Positions 55,416-64,000 of a stretch of DNA of 64,000 nucleotides are shown here, one piece after another (the stretch's first letter is position 1; every line of letters starts with the position of its first letter). The translations under genes and the position numbers were made by a program. The DNA comes from Acidobacteriota bacterium (GTDB lineage Bacteria; Acidobacteriota; Terriglobia; Terriglobales; SCQP01): NCBI GenBank assembly GCA_027314025.1, contig DAHVCP010000058.1, positions 25,711 to 89,710 on the forward strand, in the 5' to 3' direction. The notes beneath the pieces were generated by a model. The model had not been told where the DNA came from, did no database searches, and was given only the letters and a program-made list of their open reading frames with translations.

Positions 55416-56416
55416 CCTTGTCCCCCTGGGGCCGAATGGCTGGGCGCAATCGCCGCGGGCGCCGCTCGGCGCAAATAAAAAGTTGCCTGGTCCCCGTCGC
55501 CATTCCGGTTGAGCGCACGGGCGGCGCGGGCGTAGCGCAGCAGCACCCACGGAGGGAAGTCCCAATATAGCCGGCTGCGGCTGACGCGCACCAGCGGCAC
55601 GCCGCGCCGATAGAGCTCGCTGCCCCAGAACTGAAACCCGGATGAATCAAACTCCACCTCGACAATCCGCATTCCGGCCCTAGCCGCCGCGATCTCCAAT
55701 CCGCGGCGAGTATGCACCATGAGGTGGCGCGGTGCATCGTGCTGAACCCAGTCGGCCCCGTAGGTCCGATGGGCCCAAGAACCCGCCAGGGGGATTCGCA
55801 CGATGCACGTACCCGTCGGCGCCAGCAGCTGCGCCACTCGCCGCAGGGTGGATACAGGGTCCGCCATGTGCGCCAGTGAATGACTCAACACGACCACGTT
55901 CCAGCCCGCCGCGTCCAGCCCATGCACATCCCTGCGCAGGACGCTGAAGCCTCGAGGGTCGCCACGGTCCTCGCTCGCAAAGGGATCAACCCCAAGGAGC
56001 TGTGTGAAGCCAAGCCTAGCCAGATCGGCGAGCAGCCGTCCGTCACCAGCGCCCACATCCAGCACGCCGGCTCGCGGACCCGGGCACCGGCCTACGCAGC
56101 GAACCAGGGGGTTGGGGCGCACCCGCGCCATTGCGCGCGCCCACGCCGGAGCGGCTGGCGAATACGCGAGATCCCGCGCGGACCGCAAACGGACCGCAAT
56201 CCCGCTCCACCGGCCGCGCCGCGCCGCCGCGAAACTATAATAGCGGTCGCCGTAGTAGGCAGCAAGATCCGCCGGAGGATCCGCGATTTGGGCGCAGCCG
56301 CACTCAACACACCTACGGTAGTGGAAGCGCTCACGCGTACCACGCATCATTTCCCGCACCTCGTACGCCACGCCGAGGGCCGCGCCGCACACTCCGCATT
56401 GCGTGGGGTCCGCCAT
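55412..56416 (-). CDS. SAM-dependent methyltransferase with an N-terminal 4-Cys zinc-ribbon
   Basis: CGVCGA...CVECGC, then VLDVGAGDGRLLADL (motif I). Confidence 0.8.
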   Translation of the reverse strand: MADPTQCGVCGAALGVAYEVREMMRGTRERFHYRRCVECGCAQIADPPADLAAYYGDRYYSFAAARRGRWSGIAVRLRSARDLAYSPAAPAWARAMARVRPNPLVRCVGRCPGPRAGVLDVGAGDGRLLADLARLGFTQLLGVDPFASEDRGDPRGFSVLRRDVHGLDAAGWNVVVLSHSLAHMADPVSTLRRVAQLLAPTGTCIVRIPLAGSWAHRTYGADWVQHDAPRHLMVHTRRGLEIAAARAGMRIVEVEFDSSGFQFWGSELYRRGVPLVRVSRSRLYWDFPPWVLLRYARAARALNRNGDGDQATFYLRRAAPAAIAPSHSAPGGQG

Positions 56417-57734
56417 TCAGGCCCGCGGCGCCTCCACGGCCGCGCCAGCCCGCGGCGCCAGCCGCGCCGGCCAGCAGGAAGAATAGCAGCGCATTGGCGG
56501 GCGAGTGGAACTGGAAATCGCCGAAGCTGTGGAAGAGGAACCCGGCGCAGGCGATGACCAGCGCCTTGCGCAAATAGATGACCCGCCGCGAGGCGCCGTC
56601 GCCCAGCGGCCGCAGGCCGAAATAGGCCAGCAGTATGGCGAAAGCCGCGACACAAACCGCGCCGGCAACGCCCGTTTCCGCCAGCATCTGCGCGTATTCG
56701 TTATGCGCCTCCAGAAACCGCTGCCCGGAATCGAAGATCTCATAGCGCGGATACACGACCGGAAACGTCGCGAAACCGGAACCCACCCAGGGATGTGCAC
56801 GCCAAATCGACAAGCAGCCCTCGGCCACGCGCAGCCGGTCCAGGGCGCTGACGTCATGTTTGTCCAGATGCCCGAGGCGCTTCACCAGCGGCCCCCAGCC
56901 GGCGAGCATGGTGAAGCCAATGAGCGCCGCGGTCGCGATCAAGACCGCCCGCCGCCGGCGCCGACGGCGGGCGAAGCTGCGCCAAAACAATGCCGCGGCC
57001 ACCACCGCCTCGACCAGCAGCGCGAACACCCCGCCCCGGGATTGGGAGACGATCACGGCAGCCAGCCCCAAGGCCGGCAGGATGCCGCGCCGCAGCCAGC
57101 GCATCCAGGCGGCCTCGCGGGAACGGCGCCGCGGCCAAAACGCCACCACCATCGCCACCGGCAAAAGCAGGTCCATGCAGCCGGCGAAATGGTTGTGATA
57201 GATGAACGGCCCGACCGGCGTGGCGTAGGCGGCGTTGCGGAAGCCGTAGATCTCTGTGCGGGAGGTGAAAAACTGAAACAGCGCCTCGGCGCCCAGCGCC
57301 CCCGTGAACCACCACAACACCGTCCCCAGCCAGCGAAGATTCTTGGGCTGGCGAAACGCGAACAGCGCTAAATAAAGGATCGCGCCGCAGCCGGCCAGTT
57401 GGAGCAATCCGGTCAGCGTCAGCGCGGGGGCGGCGCTCCACCGCCAGTGCCACTGCGCGAATACCAGGGCGGCATAGGCCAGCGCCGGCCACAGGATCGG
57501 ATGCCATGGCAAGCGCACTCCCTGCGCCGCCGCCCCGACCACCAACACCGCCAGCGCCAGCCAGAGCAGGCAGTCCACCGCGACCCAGGCTTCGACCGAG
57601 GCGGCGCCGATCAAGACCACCGCCAGCAGCGCGCACCCGGTCGCAGCCCAGAAGGCGAAGCGCGCCCATTGCCGCTCCGCCGGAACGGCCACAATGGCGC
57701 GGGCGCTCGCGACGGCCATGTCTTGGCTGGTCAT
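56331..57734 (-). CDS. O-antigen ligase family (Wzy_C domain) membrane protein
   Basis: Polytopic. It has SQSRGGVFALLVE and EAHNEYAQMLAETGVAG, typical of WaaL/Wzy_C proteins. ATGA overlap with the upstream gene. Confidence 0.8.
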   Translation of the reverse strand: MTSQDMAVASARAIVAVPAERQWARFAFWAATGCALLAVVLIGAASVEAWVAVDCLLWLALAVLVVGAAAQGVRLPWHPILWPALAYAALVFAQWHWRWSAAPALTLTGLLQLAGCGAILYLALFAFRQPKNLRWLGTVLWWFTGALGAEALFQFFTSRTEIYGFRNAAYATPVGPFIYHNHFAGCMDLLLPVAMVVAFWPRRRSREAAWMRWLRRGILPALGLAAVIVSQSRGGVFALLVEAVVAAALFWRSFARRRRRRRAVLIATAALIGFTMLAGWGPLVKRLGHLDKHDVSALDRLRVAEGCLSIWRAHPWVGSGFATFPVVYPRYEIFDSGQRFLEAHNEYAQMLAETGVAGAVCVAAFAILLAYFGLRPLGDGASRRVIYLRKALVIACAGFLFHSFGDFQFHSPANALLFFLLAGAAGAAGWRGRGGAAGLNGGPHAMRSVRRGPRRGVRGAGNDAWYA

Positions 57735-59137
57735 TGCAGGAGCGGTTGCAGGCGGACCGCAGCCAGCAGCACCGTGTTCTGCAGACGGACCTGGCCCATG
57801 GGCCGCTGATATTGGAACAACAGCCGGATCAAATCCACGCCCCGAGGGACACGAAAATTGGCCGTGTTTTGGCGCCAGTGCGACCGCAGCTTGGCGGGCA
57901 GCGCCAGCAGAACGCGCCGCGGCGACAGCATCACCATCAACCGCACTCCGGTCTCGCTGCCCCGGCCCAACCGCCGGGAGAAAAACGTAACCTCGTACCG
58001 GCCGCCCGGACGCACCGGGGCGAATTGCTCGAGCAGAGGCGTGCTTTGCGGCTGATACCCCGTAAAATCCAGGCGCACGGCGCCGCCCTGGCCGGCCGGG
58101 CCCATGCCGCCGTCACGGCTGGCGTACACGGGGCCGATTTTCGCCCAGCCGAACGCCGGACCCAGCCATCCGTGTTGAAACTCGCCATTGTTGACGCGAC
58201 CCGCCACGACCCTGGATCGGTGCAGCCATCCCATCCGCACCGCCGTGTTCCAGACCCGCGCCGCGGTCCGCGCGAGAACCCCGGGCGCCAACACCCGGTC
58301 GCCGGCTTTCCCGGCAGGCCTCGCCTCCGCGCCGCGAAACGCCAGCGCCGCGAGCCGGTTCGCGAGGCCCAGGCTGGTGGCGCGGCAAACCGCCCGCTGA
58401 TAGCTGGCGCAGCGCACCTCGCCCCAAACCGCCGCCGCACGCTGAGGCTGCCCCTGATCCAGCAGAAGATTGACCGCGACAGCGTCCACCGGCGCGCGGA
58501 GCCTGGGTAGAGCCGCCAGCCAGCGGGGAGCCGCGGCTCCCGCCGACTGGCTCCGGCGCACAGCGCGCTCACCCCCTGTGGTCTCGACGCCGCGCCCGGC
58601 GGCGAGGGCCTGATTCAGCACGGGCGCGGCTTGGCTCGGCGGCACAACGGCGAGCGCCGCCTTCATCTGCGTCCAGAACTCCTGGTTCCGGCCCAACAGC
58701 AGCGCCAAGCTCCCGAGCCGGTAATGCGCCTCCCAGCCGCTGTCGCGGGCCACTGCCCCCGCCAGCGCACGCTGCGCCGCGGCCGCATCGCCCAATTGGT
58801 ACTCCACCAGGCCCAGTTGATCCCAATTCCGCCAATCCGCCGGGTCCGTCGCCACCGCCCGCCGCGCGAACCGCAGTGCCGCCCGGGGATGGGCGAAGGC
58901 GCTGAACTGCGCGCGCAGCCGCCACGCCTTGGCCCGCCCCGGCCGGTACCCTGCCGCTAGCGCCAGATACGGCAGGGCAGCCCGCGCACCGCGCCGCAGC
59001 GCAAGATCCCGAGCCGTGTTGATGTCCGCGCTGGCGCGCCAAGTGCGCACCGCGGCCCACCCCAGCAAGCCGCAGGCGCTCACCACGATCACTGCGGCCA
59101 ACCACCGCGCCGCCCAGCGGATTCCCAGCCGGTTCAT
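57731..59137 (-). CDS. Membrane-anchored TPR-like protein with a C-terminal jelly-roll (CBM4/9-like guess) domain
   Basis: The ATG at 59137 (ATGA overlap with the upstream stop) gives MNRLGIRWAARWLAAVIVVSACGLLGW as a TM anchor. TPR-like helices follow. The C-terminus is NNGEFQHGWLGPAFGW...YEVTFFSRRL.... Confidence 0.6.
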   Translation of the reverse strand: MNRLGIRWAARWLAAVIVVSACGLLGWAAVRTWRASADINTARDLALRRGARAALPYLALAAGYRPGRAKAWRLRAQFSAFAHPRAALRFARRAVATDPADWRNWDQLGLVEYQLGDAAAAQRALAGAVARDSGWEAHYRLGSLALLLGRNQEFWTQMKAALAVVPPSQAAPVLNQALAAGRGVETTGGERAVRRSQSAGAAAPRWLAALPRLRAPVDAVAVNLLLDQGQPQRAAAVWGEVRCASYQRAVCRATSLGLANRLAALAFRGAEARPAGKAGDRVLAPGVLARTAARVWNTAVRMGWLHRSRVVAGRVNNGEFQHGWLGPAFGWAKIGPVYASRDGGMGPAGQGGAVRLDFTGYQPQSTPLLEQFAPVRPGGRYEVTFFSRRLGRGSETGVRLMVMLSPRRVLLALPAKLRSHWRQNTANFRVPRGVDLIRLLFQYQRPMGQVRLQNTVLLAAVRLQPLLQ

Positions 59138-60561
59138 TGCCCGTTCATGCGCGCCAGCACCCCCACCGTGCGCACCAGAATTTTGCAGTCCAGCCACAGC
59201 GACCACTCCCGAATGTACTGCGCATCCAGCTTCAGCCACGTCGTGAAATCGCGAATGGCGGAGCGCCCCGAAACCTGCCACAGCCCCGTCATCCCCGGTT
59301 TCATCGCCAAGCGGTGGAACGAGTCCAGATGGTATTTCTGCACTTCTTCCGGCAGCGGCGGGCGCGGACCGACCAGCGACATCTCTCCCCGCAGCACGTT
59401 CCAAAGCTGCGGCAGCTCATCCAGGCTCGTCTTACGCAGCCACCGCCCCACGCGCGTGATGCGCGGATCGCGGGCGAGCTTAAAGACCGGGCCGGACATC
59501 TCGTTGGCTGCCGCCAGCGCGGCCCTGCGCTGCTCCGCGTCGGCCACCATGGAACGGAATTTGTAGATGCGGAAAAGACGCCCGCGCAGGCCACAGCGGA
59601 TCTGCGAAAACAAAGGCGGGCCCGGCGAATCCAAACGCACCAGCAACGCGAGGATGGCCAGAACCGGACTCAAGCCCAGCAATAGCACCGCGCTAATGCC
59701 GAGGTCGGCCGCGCGCTTAATTGCCAGCAGCCACGGCGAGGCGACGCTGAACGAAAATGTGACGATCGGATTGTCGCCAAGGTAATCAACGTGGACCTGA
59801 CGATACCCCGACAGCCATTGGGCGTGGACATGCAGCCGCACGCCCGTTTGCTCGCAAAGCTCGCTCACCCCGCGGAATAACTCCCGCGCCTCGGGCCCCG
59901 CCTCCCAGATCGAGCTGGCGACGAGGATCTCGTCAATCGGCTGCTCGCGCAACAGCCGCCGCAGCCGATCCAGCACCGCCGGCGCGTCCTGCCCGGCTAC
60001 GTCCTCCCCGCGCAGGTGCGCGGCGATTTTCCACGGTCCCGCGGCGAATTCCCGGGCCATGGCCTCGCCCTCCCCGCCCACCAGCACCAGATTCCGCACC
60101 AGGGCCGCACGAGGCAGCAAATAGCGGTCCAGGCCGTCCCATAGCACCAGCGCCGCCGTCGCGAAAAGCGCGAACAGTAGGACGGTGGGCCGGCTGACCG
60201 CGGTGCCGATCGAGCGGAAAAAGAACAGTGCGATCAGCACCGCGATCGTGCTGGTCGGCACGACCGTCAGCTCCCGCGGCGCCCGTCCCAACGCCGGCGC
60301 TGGCGACAACCGCGCCGCCACGATCGAACCCACCAGGATAGCGCCGCACGCAGCCGCGGTCGGCCAGTTCATCGGTCCCCGGATATCGGGCAGGTGATCG
60401 CGGATCAGCACGGCTAGTCCGAACGCCAGGCCGCCAAAACCGCACTGCCCCAGCAGGCGGATCTGCGACAGAAATCGCCGGTAGTGGCGAAACCCGACCG
60501 CCTGCCGCAGAGCGGACGGGATGGGTTCAGCGGTCGAGGTCGAAGCGGCTGGAGTGGCCAT
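59134..60561 (-). CDS. Undecaprenyl-phosphate hexose-1-phosphate transferase (WbaP/EpsB-type initiating sugar transferase)
   Basis: The C-terminus KRAADLGISAVLLLGLSPVLAILALLVRLDSPGPPLFSQIRCGLRGRLFRIYKFRSM...GPVFKLARDPRITRVGRWLRKTSLDELPQLWNVLRGEMSLVGPRP is the bacterial sugar transferase domain. Confidence 0.9.
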   Translation of the reverse strand: MATPAASTSTAEPIPSALRQAVGFRHYRRFLSQIRLLGQCGFGGLAFGLAVLIRDHLPDIRGPMNWPTAAACGAILVGSIVAARLSPAPALGRAPRELTVVPTSTIAVLIALFFFRSIGTAVSRPTVLLFALFATAALVLWDGLDRYLLPRAALVRNLVLVGGEGEAMAREFAAGPWKIAAHLRGEDVAGQDAPAVLDRLRRLLREQPIDEILVASSIWEAGPEARELFRGVSELCEQTGVRLHVHAQWLSGYRQVHVDYLGDNPIVTFSFSVASPWLLAIKRAADLGISAVLLLGLSPVLAILALLVRLDSPGPPLFSQIRCGLRGRLFRIYKFRSMVADAEQRRAALAAANEMSGPVFKLARDPRITRVGRWLRKTSLDELPQLWNVLRGEMSLVGPRPPLPEEVQKYHLDSFHRLAMKPGMTGLWQVSGRSAIRDFTTWLKLDAQYIREWSLWLDCKILVRTVGVLARMNGQ

Positions 60562-60573
60562 GCGTCCTGGAAC

Positions 60574-61629
60574 CTATAAACCGTGGTAACCCACGAAGAT
60601 CATCAGGGCCTGGGTCGCGTCGCCGACGGCTTGCAACAGAATCTTCCGCTTGCCATCTTCCGGAACATACAAGATGTCCCCCGCCTCTAAGACGCGGTCC
60701 GGTCGCTTATGTCGGAGAATCTTGCCAAGGTTCACTGGGATCTCCACGCGTTGGCCGTCCCGTTCGGTACGGATGATCTCCGCGCCGCCCCTATTGGCGG
60801 GCGTGGTGCGGCTGAATCCCTGGGCCAGCGCCAGGGCCTTGAGTACGGTGATCGGCTCGCCCGCTTCGATCGGAAATGCCCCCGGCTTTTGCAGCGCACC
60901 GACGGCATACACCAAGCGCGCGGGCACGACGCGAATGGTCTCGCCACCGATCAGCTCCGGATCGTCGCCCGGGTTGGGATCTTGTAGCAATCGCGTAACA
61001 TCATAACTCTGGGTCACCGCCCCGTCGGGCGTGTTTTCGCTAACCAAGACCGTGGTCCCGGAACCCACGCCCAAGCCGCCCGCCCGGGACAGCACTTCCA
61101 GCAGCCGCATGGGCCGCGCCGCCTGAATGACCTCCGGATAGCGCACCGCGCCGGCCACGACGATCGGCCGGCTTTCCACCTGCGTGACAATCACGCGGGC
61201 AATCGGATTTCGCGCCAGCCCCTCCACCTCCAGCGCTCGTTGCAGTTCCGCCCGCACCTGCGGAGCAGTGTGCCCGGAGGCGGCCAGTTCCTTTTGCAAG
61301 TAAGGCACCGCGACATAACCATCCGCGTTCACCCGCACCTGCGCCGTCAGCTCCGGCATTTGGTAGACGTAGATCGAAAGCAGGTCATCGCGGCCGATGA
61401 CATAGTTGTCCGGCGCCGCCGGCACCATCATGTCCGGGCTCATGGCGGTGGGCGCTTCGGCCCGAGGCAACGGCAATGGGCTGCTGGCGCCGGATGGCCG
61501 ATACGGATAAGGATAGGGGTTAGCCTGTCCCTGCGGCGGCGACGCCTGCGCCCACGCCGCCCCGCTCGTCCCAAACAAAAAAAGGAACGCGGCCGCGCAA
61601 CCCGCAGCCCAAGCCCTAATCCTCATCAT
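60574..61629 (-). CDS. wza: Polysaccharide export outer-membrane protein (Wza-like; Poly_export + SLBB)
   Basis: The ATGATG at 61629/61626 gives the signal MMRIRAWAAGCAAAFLFLFGTSGAAWAQ. Then YVIGRDDLLSIYVYQMPELTAQVRVNADGYVAVPYL and SLBB-like repeats. Confidence 0.88.
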   Translation of the reverse strand: MMRIRAWAAGCAAAFLFLFGTSGAAWAQASPPQGQANPYPYPYRPSGASSPLPLPRAEAPTAMSPDMMVPAAPDNYVIGRDDLLSIYVYQMPELTAQVRVNADGYVAVPYLQKELAASGHTAPQVRAELQRALEVEGLARNPIARVIVTQVESRPIVVAGAVRYPEVIQAARPMRLLEVLSRAGGLGVGSGTTVLVSENTPDGAVTQSYDVTRLLQDPNPGDDPELIGGETIRVVPARLVYAVGALQKPGAFPIEAGEPITVLKALALAQGFSRTTPANRGGAEIIRTERDGQRVEIPVNLGKILRHKRPDRVLEAGDILYVPEDGKRKILLQAVGDATQALMIFVGYHGL

Positions 61630-63862
61630 CGTCCTCGCCGGCATAGCCGCCGTAATACTTGCTCTGGTAACTGTAATAGGCGTCGGTCTGCTCACTGACG
61701 CGGTTCAAAACAATGCCCAGCAGGTTCGCATGGGCGCCGCGCAGCTGCCGCAGCGCCGCGGCGACTTTTTGCTGCTCCGTCGCCCCGGCCTTCACGATCA
61801 CCAGCACCCCATCGGCTAGGTTGGCTATCGACGAGGAATCGGCGAATCCCAGCACCGGCGGGCAGTCAATCAGCACCATCTCGAACCGCGCCCGCAGTTG
61901 GTCAATCACCTCCGGCAAACCCAGATGCAGCAACTCCGAAGGCGCGGCGGCGATGGGGCCCGACGGCAATAAGGTCAAATTGTCGAAGGCGGGAGTCAAT
62001 GCCTCGTCCAGTCCGCACTGCCCGCGCAAGACGTTGGAGAGCCCGCGGCGGTTGGGTACATTAAAGATGCGGTGCACGTTCGGTTTGCGCAGATCGGCGT
62101 CCACCAGCACCGTGCGCGTGCCCAAGGCGGCAAACACCCCGGCCAGATGCGCGGTGGCGGTGCTCTTGCCCTCGCCCGGCAATGAACTGGTCACGGCCAA
62201 TAACGTGATCCGTTCGGCGCCGGAAAACTGCACGGCGGTGTGCAACGACAAAATCGCCTCACGGAACGCCGAGCGCTGGCGCAGCGCTGCCGTACCAGAC
62301 TCCCCGCCCTCGCCGGCGGCCCCCTCCGCGCCCTCCTCCGGCAGCAGCTTCGTCGCGTACTGCGCGACCTTGAGCGCATCGGGATGCTGCTTCAGGGAGA
62401 TCAGCGGCAGGGAGGCAATCGCCGGCAGACCCAGCCGCAACTCCACCTGATCGGGGCTGGAAATGGTCTTGTCCATCAAGCCCATGGCGATCGCCGCGCC
62501 CACGCCTAGCATTGCGGACAGGAGGAACGCCAATGCGCCGTCCAGCAGAGGGCGGGGAGAAACCGGTTTGTACGGCACCCGCGCCGGACTGATAATGCGC
62601 AGATCCTCCGAGCGCAGCCCTGCCGCGACATCGGCATCCTGGATGCGCTGCTCTAATCCGTAAAAGAGGTTGCTGGAGCCGTCCGCCGCCGCCTTCAGAG
62701 CCCGATACTTGATCGCTCGCAAATTGAAGGCGTTCATCGCCGCCTTCTCCTGCGTCAGGGCGCCGTAGAGCAGCCGTTCCTCGGCCACCGCCGCGCGATA
62801 CTGGTCCTGCACTTGCGCGGCGATGTGCAGCTCCTGGCCGCGCAGCACCGCCTGGTCATGCTGCACGATCTGCGCCTGCTGCCGGTAGAGCGGCTCGCGC
62901 GGCCCATAGGTAGCGGACATCCGGCTCAACTGGCGCTGGTCCGACAGCAAGCGCTCCTGGAGCGGGATCAGCGCCGTCCCGCGCTGCGACGTCAGCAGCG
63001 CGTCCAGGTCGCCGGATTGCACGATCTCGTCGTCGGCTTCCAGCGCCATGCGCTGCGCCTGCACCTTGGTGAAGTCGGCGTTGATCTGCGCGAGGCGCGC
63101 TTGATAGATATTGGTCTTCGCGTCCGGATCCACCAGGTCGTGCGTGCTCTCGTACCGCACCAACGCCATTTGGTCCCGTTCCATTTGCGCCCGCATTGCG
63201 TCCAGTTGCTGGGACATGTAGCGCGAGGAATCCTCTAGCGCTTTGGCGCGCGTTTTGAATTCCTGATCCAAAAAGGCGTTGGCGATGCCGTTGGCGCCGT
63301 CCGCGGAGAGTTGCGGGCTGTGCGTGGTGAAGTTGATGTTCATCAGCACGGTGCCCAGCGGCTGGCTGACGCTGATATCTTTCGTGACCGCCGCCAGCAG
63401 GCGGTCGCTCCGCTCCGGCTCGGGCATTTTGGCGGCGGTGCCCTTGGGCGCAAACTCCTTGGCGTGCGCCAAGTTCAGATTGCGGATCGCCTCCATCACC
63501 ACCGCCGGGCTGGTCACGATCTTGGTCTCCGTCGTGACCAGAGTCGTGGCGTTCAGTTGCCCGGTGTTGGCCTGGCTGGTCTGCCCCACCACCGGCGCGC
63601 TCAGCGGATCCACGCGCACAATGACCGTCGCCTCGTATTTTTTGGGCAGCGCCAAAGCCACCACGGTCACCAGTGTCGCGAACACCAGCACGAACGTCAG
63701 AATGCGCCACCGCTGGCGTTTGACCAAGAACAGGTAGTAGTCCAGCGTGAACTCGCGGCCCGCGGACTCAGGCTCGGGCCGATCCCAGCCGCGATGCTCG
63801 CCGGGAAAGCGCACCAGCGGCGCGGACTCAGGCTCGGGCCGTGACTCGATCATCTTAGACAT
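61616..63862 (-). CDS. wzc: Polysaccharide co-polymerase / tyrosine autokinase (Wzc/GumC-like)
   Basis: Wzz-like N-domain and a long coiled coil. Walker A SSLPGEGKST, VLVDADLRKP, and a Tyr-rich tail YYSYQSKYYGGYAGEDDDED. Confidence 0.92.
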   Translation of the reverse strand: MSKMIESRPEPESAPLVRFPGEHRGWDRPEPESAGREFTLDYYLFLVKRQRWRILTFVLVFATLVTVVALALPKKYEATVIVRVDPLSAPVVGQTSQANTGQLNATTLVTTETKIVTSPAVVMEAIRNLNLAHAKEFAPKGTAAKMPEPERSDRLLAAVTKDISVSQPLGTVLMNINFTTHSPQLSADGANGIANAFLDQEFKTRAKALEDSSRYMSQQLDAMRAQMERDQMALVRYESTHDLVDPDAKTNIYQARLAQINADFTKVQAQRMALEADDEIVQSGDLDALLTSQRGTALIPLQERLLSDQRQLSRMSATYGPREPLYRQQAQIVQHDQAVLRGQELHIAAQVQDQYRAAVAEERLLYGALTQEKAAMNAFNLRAIKYRALKAAADGSSNLFYGLEQRIQDADVAAGLRSEDLRIISPARVPYKPVSPRPLLDGALAFLLSAMLGVGAAIAMGLMDKTISSPDQVELRLGLPAIASLPLISLKQHPDALKVAQYATKLLPEEGAEGAAGEGGESGTAALRQRSAFREAILSLHTAVQFSGAERITLLAVTSSLPGEGKSTATAHLAGVFAALGTRTVLVDADLRKPNVHRIFNVPNRRGLSNVLRGQCGLDEALTPAFDNLTLLPSGPIAAAPSELLHLGLPEVIDQLRARFEMVLIDCPPVLGFADSSSIANLADGVLVIVKAGATEQQKVAAALRQLRGAHANLLGIVLNRVSEQTDAYYSYQSKYYGGYAGEDDDED

Positions 63863-64000
63863 GCAGAAACGGAATGGACCCCGACATCACTTGCAGGTGA
63901 ATATACCTCAGATTGTGCGGAGCCGCGGGCAAATCGCGGCGCCGGGCAGGTGGCGGCTCACTCGCCGCCCGCCACGCCGCGCGACACCGGCAGCACGCGA

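Noticed and set aside
1-64000. Scan for CRISPR arrays, tRNA/tmRNA/RNase P/SRP signatures, transposases, integrases, toxin-antitoxin pairs and known defence-system genes.
   Set aside because: I found no regularly spaced repeats, no GGTTCGA-type T-arm strings in tRNA context, and no conserved RNase P or SRP boxes. No ORF has DDE, tyrosine-recombinase or typical defence-domain motifs. This was a visual scan, not a computation, so short or divergent elements could have been missed.

Overview
This is a visibly GC-rich bacterial chromosome segment (G+C not computed). It has Gram-negative-type envelope genes: an OM beta-barrel, Wza and a SPOR protein. I cannot assign a phylum from the sequence alone.

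Nt 1-32,160 hold mixed housekeeping genes:
- selD, encoded as a selenoprotein. The ORF track truncates it at an in-frame TGA, and a SECIS-like hairpin follows that codon.
- An OM beta-barrel, galU, a 3-methyladenine glycosylase, and a zapB-like/zapA pair.
- A secreted beta-helix protein, a beta-hydroxyacid dehydrogenase, a multidomain GT4 and amt.
- A lipoprotein next to two glycosidases. The GH116 glucosylceramidase-type gene carries one in-frame TAG.
- queE/queD, a SPOR protein, an SPFH/NfeD pair, a TPR protein, ispH, tkt, and an ABC-2 exporter whose permease is fused to an extra C-terminal domain.

Nt 32,194-63,862 form one large surface-polysaccharide (EPS/O-antigen-like) locus, almost all on the minus strand:
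- Export and initiation: wzc, wza, a WbaP-type initiating transferase, a TPR/CBM-like protein and an O-antigen-ligase-family protein.
- Amino-sugar genes: a methyltransferase, an fdtA-like isomerase, a DegT aminotransferase, a wzx flippase, an ATP-grasp ligase, a second methyltransferase and a HAD hydrolase.
- Assembly: two GT2s, a Wzy-like polymerase and a GT4.
- Three paralogous secreted beta-helix proteins.
- A second block with rmlD, a GHMP sugar kinase, a GT4, a nucleotidyltransferase and rmlB, rmlC, rmlA.

The points most worth a second look:
1. The three beta-helix paralogs, together with a 1.4-kb scar (38.5-39.9 kb) that holds decayed fragments of one of them and of a GT4.
2. A 3-amino-sugar pathway that lacks the usual N-acetyltransferase but sits beside an ATP-grasp ligase and methyltransferases.
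3. The two recoding or stop anomalies: selD TGA and GH116 TAG.
4. A small dispersed intergenic hairpin motif.
5. A T9 tract in the Wzy-like gene.

I found no CRISPR array, tRNA, rRNA, transposase or integrase by eye.
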